DNA of 64,000 nucleotides, taken from the human T2T-CHM13v2.0 reference genome, Homo sapiens. A program made the position numbers and the translations under genes. The DNA lies in NCBI RefSeq assembly GCF_009914755.1, contig NC_060926.1; one strand, 5' to 3'. Positions 27,850 through 40,826 of the stretch are shown one piece after another (the stretch's first letter is position 1; the number at the start of each line of letters is the position of its first letter). The notes under the pieces were generated by a model that saw only the letters and a program-made list of their open reading frames with translations, made no database searches and was not told the origin of the DNA.

Positions 27850-28250
27850 AAAGATTATCAGCAACAGGCTGCTAACTTTGGAAAAACAGACCCAGACATA
27901 AACCAGAGAGTTAACCTCGTAAATATACAAACTGCCTCCACAACTAGGAATAAAAGGAAAGGCCGGGCGGTGGGGAAGATAAGTGAGCAGAGAACACAGA
28001 AGGCGAATTTCAAAAGGAGAAGGCAAATTTGCCAATGAGTATGTTAAATCAGCTTAACTTTACTGATAAAAGAAATAAGAAGTGAAATGGGTAACTTCAA
28101 TTTTTTGCCTTTACACGGATAACATTTTTTTGGGTACTACCCATGCTGCTGACAGTGCAGGGAAGTAGTCCAACCGCAAAATGATGCTGGTGACAGCGAC
28201 AGTGAGGATGAGGACCCAGATGGCCAGTTGTTGGAGGGGACTGCCCTGCA
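27850..28250 (+). mobile_element. Decayed L1M 3' fragment
   Basis: Pattern resembles the L1 ORF2 C-terminal region (aatttcaaaaggagaaggcaaatttgccaatgagtatg). Limits approximate. Confidence 0.45.
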
Positions 28251-30952
28251 GGTCCCCCTACACGGCCGTCCTTGAGTGGAGGCAGCAGAGCAGGACAAGA
28301 AGCAGGTTCTCGGTGTGCGGGACGAGGACGCCCTCAACACTTTCCAGTAGACCCAAACTCAGTGCAGTCAGCCTTACCTGCTCAAAACACCAGTTCCCAG
28401 GGACAGCTGTTACTGTGGATCCACTGGCCCTCCACGGGGGAGGGTGCGCACTCCAGGAACAGGACCCACTTTATGACCCACGTCCTCTCCCTGCTTCTGC
28501 AAACACCATTCGGTGGCAAAGGGTGACTTGGCCACAAGCCTGGGTCCTGCCTGGCTCCCTCTATGCAGGGCTGGGTGCTGGGCATGACTGGCGTTCATGC
28601 CCCATGCAGTGGGGGGCAGACATGACTGGGGTTCACACCCCACCCATGCCCAGCATAGGCCTGGCCAGCAGGAAACACGAGGAAGGTAAGTCTTCGATTC
28701 ATGACCTTTCTAACCACCAAGGAATCTTCTTTTGATCTTTCAGACTTTACTAGGAGAGTATTCAAAATGAGGGGCTGATTCTGACCCCCACCCCGTTTCT
28801 GCACTTCTGGTTATGCACACGCTCATCTGTCAACAGGTTTCTCACTTAAAGTTCTAGAATGAAAAAACCCATTCAACAAATGGATAGCAGATCTCCCTAA
28901 TTTTTACTTTTACTTTTTTTTTTTTTTTCTTAATTCACATTGAGTATCACTCATCCCCTGCATGGAGGCTTCTACAGAGGCTCTATGAGATGCCAGCCCG
29001 TTCTGGCCAGCAGAGATGAAGCGGTGGATAAAAGAGGCCAAGTTCTTCCCATACCAGGGGGCAGAGAGTGCACCCGAGACCTAAGGAATGAGCGAGCAAC
29101 AGCTGAGCGGGGCAGAGAGAGGAGGACAGCAGCTCTGGGTGGGGCGGGGCGGGGCAGGTGGGGAGGGACGGCTGTGTTCGGGGAGGGACGGCTGTGCTCC
29201 CGGAGGGCCGTGGCCTGGGCCTGGCGAGTCCAGACGACAGAGCTGTGGCAGGTTCTGCTTGGCTTCTGCCTGAAAGTGCTCCTTTTTCTCTCCACCCCCT
29301 TGCCTCTGAGGAAGGCACAACTTCATGGAAAGGACACCTAATGACTTTCAGGATCAGCCTTTCACGTCATTTTTACACAGAGCAAAGGACTTGCTCAGTG
29401 ACCTCCCTCCATTCCCTGCAGGGCTGCGCGTGTGGACCGCAGTGAGAGAAAGCGGGGCTGTATTCGCTCCACACTGCTCGGGCCGAGTCCAGCCTGCCCC
29501 TGCTCCTTCCCCGAGCTTATGTGAAGAGCCGTGTCTTAGATTCCCAAGTGCCGTTAATCTAAATCAAAACCTAGCTGGTTAAAGACAGTGTGTTCTTGCT
29601 AAACATGATGAAAACTGCCACCGTTCTGTCAAATGAATTGCATTACTTGGTATCAATAAATAAAAGTGCAGAATTATTTAAAATTAAAAGTAATGTAAAT
29701 GTTTATAAGTGTAATGATATTTATTAGATACTCAATAAGAAATTCACTTAAAAAAAACCCAAGAGAATAAACAGATGCTGTGCACCGTGTTTTCAAATGC
29801 TTAGATGCTGGCGGTGCTTCGTGTCCCCCGCGCCGGCCCGCCACTGCTCCTCCAGCCTGCACAGACAAGAACCTCCTTCATGGGGGAAGACGCCGGCTTG
29901 GGCCCCGCTTACATAAGAGCCCCCGAGTGGCGTCCACCACAGGGGCCTGCGGCCCTGCGTCCTCACCACAAGACCACACTCTGAGGGCTGCAGAGCCGAC
30001 ACAAGCTTGCCAAGTACCCAACTGTATACAGTTTATTATTAATAATAAAATCTGACCACCCAAATCCTCAGTGAAAACCACCGGGACGGCCGCCTGTGAC
30101 GGGGCTAGAGGGGAGCAGGAACATTCCAGAGCTCCAGTTAAGGGTGGACGGCGCTTCGGATGCAGCGCAGGGATTGTTTTGGGCTGGTAAACGGATCCAA
30201 AATGTTTTCTGAAGTGAAGTCTTTTCATATTCTGTGAGCCTCAAGATGGTATTTTTATTGGAAGAGTCTGGTAAACTCTGTGGAAGTAATTTAGACCAAG
30301 CTGCTTTTTAGCAATCTGAAAAACTCTTATTTGTTGGTTAGTTGTGGCACAAATCACCCAGCTGATATTTAAATTTTAAACTTCAATTCTTTGATAAGCA
30401 ACTATTTTCCCTACTCCAAAGAAAAATACATAGGATACACCCTGGGCTACCGGCGAACCACAGAAGCGTGGAGGGGAGGCCGGACCCCAGGCAGAGGCCC
30501 CAGTGCTTGGGCCCGTGGCGCACACCCGCGATGTGGGTCCCACGCACGCCTCCTGCACTGCAGCGTCACCAGCACAGGCCAGACAAGTCAAAGCCCCGCG
30601 CACAGGGCTCCCACGGGGACCGCGTGCTATTGTCTACGGAAGGCAGCTTTCTAAAGTGGAAAGCAACCCCACAGGGTGGGCCCCGCCCAGCAGGCCGTGG
30701 AGCCCCTAAGATACTCAGATTCCTCACACGTGAAGCCAGAGGGCTCAGCTGCGCTCCTGGTCCTCAACCCAGGCAACGCACTAGGCAGCTTCAGAAGCAA
30801 GAACACTGCCAGCCGGGTTCCACTTGGGATCAGTTTGGCAGAACACCCTGGAGTGAACAGAGACCCACAGCACAGCCGTCCACTACCGAGAGGGCCCGGA
30901 TCTGCATGCAAAGACCAGGCGTGCGTGTGTGCAGCCCTGTCTGCAGGGTCCT

Positions 30953-31040
30953 TCTCCTCAAGGCCTCTGCAGCCATGTCTGGAAGCTCTCCCCTATGCCG
31001 TCCCGTCTCCTCAAGGCCTCTGCAGCCATGTCTGGAAGCG
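30953..31040. repeat. Two-copy 53-bp direct repeat
   Basis: tctcctcaaggcctctgcagccatgtctggaagc at 30953 and 31006. Confidence 0.8.
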
Positions 31041-31839
31041 CTCCCCTGTGGGCAATCCCTGGGGATTAAGTCACCACCTTATCTAATCAATGTGCCAGGA
31101 GCCAGGGCCATCAGGCAGATTTGGTACTCACTTTCAAATCCTGATGCAAAAATTAGACCTACAATGGAATATAAACCCTCCTCAGAGGCCTTCTACCTTG
31201 AAATTCTACCAGTTAAAGTGAAAAAACATTTAAAGTGCATTTATTATTTCAAGAGTAAAATGCTGTGATAATTGATAAAAGTGTTAGTTTTATGGACAAA
31301 AACAATTACTAAGAACTTGGAAATAGCTAAATAGAGGAATAAACTAAAAACTCAGAGAGTGCATTAGCTATGTACTCTTAGGAAAAATATATCTAGTCTG
31401 AAATAGCAAATATTTATAAAAATGTACAACATAATATAGGCATAATAATACAGTTTAGATTATATCCCAATTCTAATTTAGCATTAGTTATAACATTCAT
31501 TACATTAAAAATAAACTTACAAACTGAATTTACTTAATAGTTATTTAATTCTTTTTAGAACACAAGGATTTCAAATACAAACAAATGAACAAAAATGTCC
31601 TATTTGGAAAAACTTCAAATCTAGTGCAGATTAATTAAAAGCAAAATGCCAATTTCACAATCTAAAAATTATATGAAGGCAAATCACCAAACACACCAAA
31701 TATTAACATATCCTTTCACTCCAGACAAAACGAAGAACATAAACAGTATAAAGAACAGGTTAGGAAACCTGGAGTACTCCAAGCACATGGTGTTTTCAAT
31801 AATGTAACTTCAAGAATTTTTATTCAGGTAATTCAATTA

Positions 31840-34800
31840 AACCTACTGGAAATGGTCAGAAGATCTAGACAAAGCACCCTAGCCTTCTGTGTGAAGGCAC
31901 AGAGAACAACTAGGGCAGCGTGGAACACCAGGGCCGAGGTCAGAAACAGGGACCGCGGGGAGCAGGACCCCACCCTCGGGTAGCCTGTTCTCTAGACTCA
32001 ACAGTGGGTTTCAGAAGAGGCCCTTGATAGGGCCACAAAAACTGAGGAAAATTAAAGGACCCCAATAAACCTCATAAGCTTGTGCGTAGGACCTCAAAGG
32101 GATATGCCTTATGAGTAACGATGGCCAGAAATCCACCAGGCCTTTGAAGGCCTGAAACCCAACTCAGAATCAGCTCCAGACCTGACTGCATTCAGATGCT
32201 TAAGAAACTTGGCCACTTCTGGTCAACTACAAGAAGGAAAACAAAGTCCACTCGAAAAGAATGTGTCACCATCCCAGGTCCCCCATCATCACAACAGTGC
32301 AAAGTCAGACATGCAACCTAAAATATCCAACCATAGAAATAAACACAATCTGACCAAAAAAAAAAAAAAAAAATGAGAGAAACAACAGGCAGGAAAGCCT
32401 TGCCACAGGGCCAGAGAGTGTTACCAGTCAGACTCCAAAATAACTGCACTACGTGCAGAAAAAAATAAGATCAAGAAAGTCTATGGAAAACTATGAAAAA
32501 GGGCCAAATGAAAATCCTAGAACTGAAAACCAAATAAATGTAAAATCCAATGGATGAGTTTAACAGCAGATTATTGTGCAGGTAAAGCACAAATTAGGGA
32601 AGTGGATGATAAATTGGAAGAAAATACCCACACTGAGGCAAAAGAAAAAGGAAACAAAGACACAAAAATAACTTAAGAAACTTAGGGGATACTGAAAGCT
32701 AATCCAACACAGGTGTATAACTAAATCCCAGATAGATTAAATGGAGAGACTGGGGCAAAGTCAGTATCTGTTGAGGTGAAGTTTGAGAATAATCAGGTCT
32801 AAGAATTCATAACAGTATAAAACAACAGATTTAGGAATTACAAATCCCAAAAAGAAGACATTAAAATGAAAGCAACTACAGTTAAGCACATTAAAGAAGA
32901 ACTTCAAAAAACCAAAGACAAAATCTTAAAAATAGCTAGGGAAGAAAGATTATTTCCAAAGAAGGAACAATAGGATGGACAGCTCATTTCTGGAGATTAA
33001 CAATGGAAGTCAGAAGAGAATGGAATGGCATTCTCAAAGTGCTGAAAGAAAATAAATACAAACCTAGAATTCTATACTCAGCAAAAATAACCTTCAAAGA
33101 TTAACCTGAAATCACATTTTGAACAGAAAGAAAATTCATCACCATTAGACCCACATTAAGGTAAACAAAGAATATCACAGATGAAAGTTCAGACATGCAG
33201 AAATTAATAAAAGTGGAAAGGATAAATTTATGAGTAAATCTTGACTATATAAAATAATAACAACAATGTCTTGTGATGTTAAAGATAAGTTTAGAGTTAA
33301 ATACAGGTCAAAATAGTATATAAATTAAGAGTTAAAGTATCCCAGACCCTTACTTTGCCAGAATTGGCAAAAGTATTAATTTAGATAAGGCTGTGATAGA
33401 TTAAAGACAGTTGTTGAAATCCTACTGATAATCAGTAAAGAAACAGCAAAATAGTGATTACCAAGCTGGTGAAAAAAAAAAAAAAATATATATATATATA
33501 TCACTAAAAACATACATTAAAAGCAAGACAAGTGCATTAGAATAGTTGAGATAATTATAATTCATATTGTACAATGATAGATTTAAGCATAAATATATCA
33601 ATAATTACATTAAATGTAAATGGGCCAAACTAATTGAAAGACAAAGATTGTCAAACTACGTATCAAAACTTGTGGGATGCAGATAAAGTTGCATTTAGAG
33701 GAAAATGTATAGCTATATAAGCATATGTTAGAAGACAGAGCTGAAATCAATGCTCTATGTATCTATATCAAAAAGCTACAAAAACCACAATACACCCTAA
33801 GAAAACAGAACATAGAGAAATAAAAATACTAGAAATTAATGAAATCGATATTCAACAAACAACATCCATAAAGTCAAAAGCTAGTCTTTGAAAAGAATAA
33901 CTGATAAACTTCTGGAGAGAGTGACCAAGAAAAACAAAAGCAAAACAAAACAGCAGCAATAAAGAGAAAAAGCACAAACAACCAATATCTGGAGTGTAAA
34001 AGAGGACATCATTAAAGGTCTGACAGACATAAAAAACACCAGAAAAGGACATGACACCAAAAACCACTAAGTCAAAAATACAAAAATGTATAACAAAGGC
34101 ATATATTTCTTTTAAAAAAATACAACTTAGCTAAAGTGAGCCGGGGGGGAAAAATGTCCCAGGAACTATTTTAAAAATTGAATAAGTAATCAAAAACCTT
34201 TGCACAAATGAAATCTTAGGGTTAAGATGGCTTTAGCAGTAAGTTTCACAAGATATTTATGGAAAAAGTAATATCCATGTTAAATAAACTTTGCCAGAGA
34301 ATACAAAAGGAGAGAGGAATGATGCTTAACTCATTCTGAGGCCAGCACAGTCATGACACCAAAACTTGACGAGGACATTATGAGAAAGGAAACTGTTTGG
34401 CAATCTCCCTCAGGAACACAGTTGCAATCATACAAAATAAAATGTTAGCAAATCCAAGTTTTCACTACATAAAAGATAATATATTACAATCAAGTTGACT
34501 GGGGTTATTTTAAAAATGCCAGTTAGAATTTATATTCAAATAAATCCATATGCTTTACTTCATTAACCACATAAAGCCAAAAAATCATACAATCATCTCA
34601 AAAGATGCTGAAACAGCACCTGACAAAAATCAATATCCATTCATATTGAAACCCCGAGCAAACAAAGAATGGAAGGGAAACTTCCATGATCTGATAAATA
34701 GCACCTGTCAAAAACAAGTAGACAAATGAGTAAAAAATACAAAGCCCCTACAGAAAACATGGCACCTAACAGTAAACTGGGAACCAGACAAATGTTCCTG

Positions 34801-36180
34801 CCATCAGGACCACAATTTGATACTATATTGGCAATCTCAGCCCATTCTATATAATAAGCAAGTAAAAGACATAAAAGGTATTCCAATCAGAAAAGAGGCA
34901 ATCTTCTCATTATTTATAGATGACAGGATTCTAAATGTTGAAAATTCAAAACAATCTATTAATGATTAGGATATCTGAGTTTAACAGGGTTGCTGGACAC
35001 AAAGTCAATGGTCAAAAACTGACTGCTTTTCAAAATTATAAAAACCAAGCCATTCACAATAGCAACCAAAGCCATCAAATGGCTTGACATATATTTAATC
35101 AAATATATGCAAGCCTCCTAAACATAAAACTATTAAGAAATTATTAAGAAAAATTAAAGAAGGTAAATAATCAATGTTGTAAAAATATCAGGTCTTCCTA
35201 ATTTGAACCACAGAGTCAATGCAATCACAAACAAAACCCCACTAGTATCAATTCCAGGTACAATCAGCTCCTAGGAGATAATTAAAGAGGATGTATCCAA
35301 GATTCTGAAGAAAGGAAAGATTTCTTAAGGCACAAAATCATCTAAAGGAAAAGACTGAAACTGTATTAGAAGGGAGAATTTCTGTGCCTGAAAGATAACA
35401 TTAAGAGAGTGAACAGGCAAAGTACAGAGTGGAAGAAGAGATTTACAGCATGTACAACTGGCCAAGGGTTGATTCCATAATATATAAAGAACAACTCCAA
35501 ATCAAGAAAAAGGGAGACCTCGCATCAGAAAAATGGGCAAGAGACTGGAACAAGCACTTCACAAAAAGGGGAATATTCATTCGGCAAAAAAACTTATGAA
35601 AATAAACTATCTTATTGGTAATCAAAGAAATGTAGCTGAGGGCATGAGGAGGAGCTGAAATTAAAGTGACTGACAGCAGCAAGTGTTGACAAGGACATGG
35701 AGCCACAGGAACCCCTGTACATGGCTGGTAGGAGTGTAAACTGGTACACTACTTTGAAAACTTTTGGGCATCACGTATGAACACTGACAACATGCATGCC
35801 CCAAAGTTCAACAACTCCACTTCACATTTGCCCACATGTACCAAGAAACATGTACAAGAATGCACATAGCAATACTGCTTTTAATAGCTCTGGTTAGGAA
35901 ACAAGCCAAATATCTAACAACTTTAGAAGAAATGACTACATTGGTGCATTTATAAATGGGACACCATGCAGCAATATATAATAGATAATGAATGACCTCT
36001 TGCTAAATGCAAAATGGGGATGAATTTCACAAGCATAATGTCCACAGAAAGAAGCAAAACGCAAAAATCCTACATATTAAGGGTTCCATTTACATACATT
36101 TCAAAAGCAGGCAAAATTAATCTTCCATGTTAAACATCAGGAGAGGAGTTATCTTTGGGGAAGGGGGAAGTGCATAAGGA
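31840..36180 (+). mobile_element. Ancient, internally deleted, non-functional L1M (ORF1, ORF2 and 3'UTR remnants), antisense to HDAC4
   Basis: ORF1-like aacctagaattctatactcagcaaaa (about 33061); ORF2 start ataattacattaaatgtaaatgg (about 33601); ttgtgggatgcag (LWDA, about 33670); RT-like tcattctgaggccagca (about 34331) and ttatttatagatgac (about 34910). AT-rich with many stops. Confidence 0.9.
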
Positions 36181-37253
36181 CTTCTCTTCTGACTCATGGG
36201 CCAGCCCTACAAGAGTAAATCCCTCTACTCTCCTTACCTGGAATCCTGTTACCTGAGGAAAATGTATACCTCGACTCCTTTTCAGTATTACCAGGGAACA
36301 GACAAATTTAACTGAGCATGTAAGTCCTGGGCAGAAACTCGGAGTGTCTATGAAAGTCCCTTCACTCTGGTGATTAGATCCTGACTGTCTGTGTCACTTA
36401 AAACAAGAAGTTGTCCATGGAAAGGATATAAACACACAGTGAGCCAAGGGCTCTTTTAAGTGAAGATCTGAGAGGATGCTCAGAGCTGACTCAGCCCCAC
36501 GGTGGACCCTGCACCCCGGGGACACGCCAGGGCTCAGACACACTGGCGACGCTGGGCACCGTCCTCGTGCAGAGGAGCCCACGGGTCATCGTCCCAGCAG
36601 CCCACAGTCAGCAGGGGCGACACTGTTACCTTTTCCTCAGTAGATGCGTCCCTCTAACTGTCCAAAGTGGGAAACAGCAAATACAGTGTTCTCCTGGATA
36701 GTATGAAGTGTGGGCTCTCCTTAGAAGAAAACAGACCATGCTGGTCTCCAGATGTACAAACACAGCCCCCACAGAAGGCAAAATTCAGAGTGGAAGGAGC
36801 AGATAGCAAGAGCACGCTGCTGGCCCTCACTGGGCCGTGGGTCACTCTACAACCTCACACCTGCTTTGAAGGCACTTATAAAATGCTCCCGAAAGAAAAG
36901 TACTTTGAAAAATGCAGGGCAGAACTCACAGATGAAATTCACTGTGCATCTGGCATGCTTTATGGCTTTTAATATTTTTAAGTCTATTAGGAATCCTGCC
37001 AAATAGTCTTTAAAATGTTTAAATCAAACCAAAAGTCGGGCTGAATGCCCCTTGCTTTGATGTTAATATTGAATCCTGCAGCCCTGGATGAAGATAAATC
37101 CATGGACTCTGGTTCACTGGGGGAGCTAACCATGGGTGGGCTGACACACTGTCACACTCACTGTCCCTGTCAGGGGGTGGGGGTCCCATTCCTGGCCTGC
37201 TTCTTAGAAACCCAGCACAGGCAAAGTGGCAAGAGTCACCATGGTGAGGCTCA

Positions 37254-37790
<537 letters not shown>

Positions 37791-38079
37791 TCAGAGCCCA
37801 GGCTCCACACACACACAGAGACCCAATGAAGACCCAAGAAACCAGCCCAGGCCCTACACGTCTGCCCTGGTGTGGCCCTGGGCACTGCCCTGCCCTGCAC
37901 TGCTGCTATTTCAGTCCAAAAAAAGAAGTCAGGGCCATTCCGGGCTCTGGGCATTGTCTTACCTTCGAAGTGGAAAACATTAAAAACAAAAGCCATTGGC
38001 TTGCTAGAAGAAAATACGCAAGAAGAGTTATGTTATCTTGCAAGTTGGAAATGCTATTTTGAGAACGACACAAAGACAG

Positions 38080-38420
38080 TGAAGAGAGCGTGAAATGGTA
38101 CAACCACTTCAGAAAACTGCTGGGCACTTCCTTATAAAGTTAAATGCACATCTGCCCCGAGACCCAGCAATCCCATTCCTAGCTATTTATCCGAAACACG
38201 GAAGCACACCCACAAAAAGCCTGTACAAGAATGTGCATGGGAGCTCTGGTCACAGACCAGCCTTGATGCAACCCACATGTTCCCTCGAAGGTGGACACTT
38301 GGAGAAATGATGTGTGTTCATCAAAGAGAATACCACCTAACCATAAAAAACAACAACCTACGTGTACACAAGAAAACACAGGTGAACTGCTAAACAGCAG
38401 GTGTTGGCAGAGGGTGAAAG
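38080..38420 (+). mobile_element. L1M 3' fragment
   Basis: tgaaatggtacaaccactt...gacccagcaatcccattcctagctatttatcc is a typical L1 3' signature. Confidence 0.8.
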
Positions 38421-39480
38421 AGCAGAGAGAAGAGGCAAGACTGAAAGACCCTCCGCTGAGCCTCTGCACTTGCAGCTCCAGATCCGCACATTCCACCACA
38501 GCCTGGTGTGGAAATACGGGTGGTTGGCCCTCAGTGTCTCCAGGCTCTGATCCTCCGCTGGCTCAATCAGTGGAGGTGAAACCCAAAAATATGGAGGGCT
38601 GACTATATTCACATGAAGCCCTAAAACAGAAAAAACTAACGCACAAGGATGAAAATCAGAAGAAGGCTGCCTCTGCGGGGGTGAGGTAGGGTTGGGGGTG
38701 CCGAGGCCGGAGGAAACGCCCCAGCGGGTGGAGTGTCCGACCTGTTGACTGTCTACAGGGAAGGGCACAGCCACCCAACAGCACCCTTAAGGGCTGGCAT
38801 TCTACCGAGTATAAATTATATCTCATATTTCAAAAACTGACGTCGACATAAAATGTTTGTCTTAATAACAAAAGGCAGAAGGTAAAAGAAAAACTGCAGT
38901 ATTTATGACATACAAATTTTATATAAATGGTTGTTATCCATTAATGAGAACATGACAGGAAGCCCACTAAAACGTTGGGCAGAAAAGAACAAGATGCACA
39001 GAAGAACTGTTTAAAAAGAAATCGGGATAAATGTTCAAGCTCACTAGTGAACACTTCCCATTTCACTCACGGTATCGGAAAAGGTGAAAAGGAACAATTT
39101 GGCCTGGCGCTGACGAGTGTGGGAAGGTGCAACTGACCAGACGCCCTGAGAGGGACTCCCGCAAACCCAGAGCACCTCTGTCCTGGGACCCAACCCAGGC
39201 TCCAGGGCTCCCGCACGTCCTTCCGCTCCTCTGAGATGGCTCCGCTCTCGTTCGCATGCTCCAGGGTTCTGTCTGCACACACTTTCCTCGGCTTCCACAC
39301 AAACCCCTGGGCCAGCCCGGGGGAAGTGCCAGGCCTCCACAGGTGTGAGGAGCTCTGCCACCTGCCTGCCTGGGAGAGCCTCTCTGCCACCCTCTGTGGC
39401 CGCACGTGTCCCGGTCATGGTCTGTCTGCTGTCCCCAGTGATTGTTCCGTTACCAGTTGTCTCTTGTCCCAGTGTCTTGT

Positions 39481-39883
<403 letters not shown>

Positions 39884-40105
39884 ACTGGTGGGTTGCTTTT
39901 TGTTGGTCTTGCTCCCCTTATGGAGGAAGAGGGGACGGTGAGAGGGTACGGGATAAGCAGGCATCCTGGCAACCAGAGTGGCCCGAGGAACTTTCTGTGG
40001 AGGAAATTTAGTGAATCAGGGGCTCCGGGCTGGCTCCAGAGTGGGGCTTCCACCAGCTGGTGATTCTTCCTGGAGGATGAGGCTCAGGCCAGGGAAAGGA
40101 TGAGC

Positions 40106-40375
40106 AAAGCATAGAGTGGGGTGTGTGTGCGAGGCAGCCACCGGATGCCCGAGGCATAGAGTGGGGAGTGCGTGCGAGGCAGCCACCAGACGCCCGAGGC
40201 ATAGAGTGGGGTGTGTGTGCGAGGCAGCCACCGGACGCCTGAGGCATAGAGTGGGGTGTGCGTGCGAGGCAGCCACCGGACGCCCGAGGCATAGAGTGGG
40301 GAGTGCGTGCGAGGCAGCCACCGGACGCCTGAGGCATAGAGTGGGGTGTGCGTGCGAGGCAGCCACTGGATGCCT
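40106..40375. repeat. 45-bp CpG-rich minisatellite, 6 copies
   Basis: Unit gaggcatagagtggggtgtgcgtgcgaggcagccaccggacgccc; exact 45-bp period. Confidence 0.97.
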
Positions 40376-40475
40376 GTGCTCCATGAGTGACTGCGCTGGC
40401 ACAGCAGGACTGGCGCCCATGGGATGCCACCCACGTCACACTGTCGTCCCTGTGTATTCTTCAATCCCTCTACGA

Positions 40476-40826
40476 CAGGGGTCCCCACCTCCGGCCGTGG
40501 ACGGGTAGCAGCAGTCCCTGGCCTGTTAGGAAATGGGCCACAAAGCAGGAGGTAAGTGGCAGGCTAGGGAGCATTCCCGCCAGAGCTCAAGCTCCTGCCG
40601 GATCAGTGGTGGCATTAGATTCTCACAGGAGTGTGATCCTGTTGTGAACTGTGCGTGTGGGGGATTTAGGATGCATGGTCCTTATGAGAATCTAACGCCT
40701 GATGATCTGAGGTGGTGGAAGTTTCATCCCGAAACCATTCTCCTGCGTCCCCCACCCCTGTCCACAGAAAAAACCATCTTCCACGAAACCGGTCCCTGGT
40801 GCCAAAAAGGTCGGGACCGATTGCCG
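40476..40826 (+). mobile_element. MER1B (hAT-Charlie) with 8-bp TSD
   Basis: caggggtcccc...ggcctgttaggaa...ttatgagaatcta...ccggtccctggtgccaaaaagg; TSD ctctacga (40468-40475) and ctctacaa (40827-40834). Confidence 0.9.

Noticed and set aside
30468-31268. 266-aa plus-strand ORF (likewise 1815..2501, 228 aa)
   Set aside because: No recognisable domain, GC-rich intron background, and overlap with a duplicated segment or MIR.
31840-36180. Active reverse transcriptase system
   Set aside because: The L1 remnant is riddled with stops and deletions; no long ORF survives and the catalytic F/YADD motif region is degenerate.
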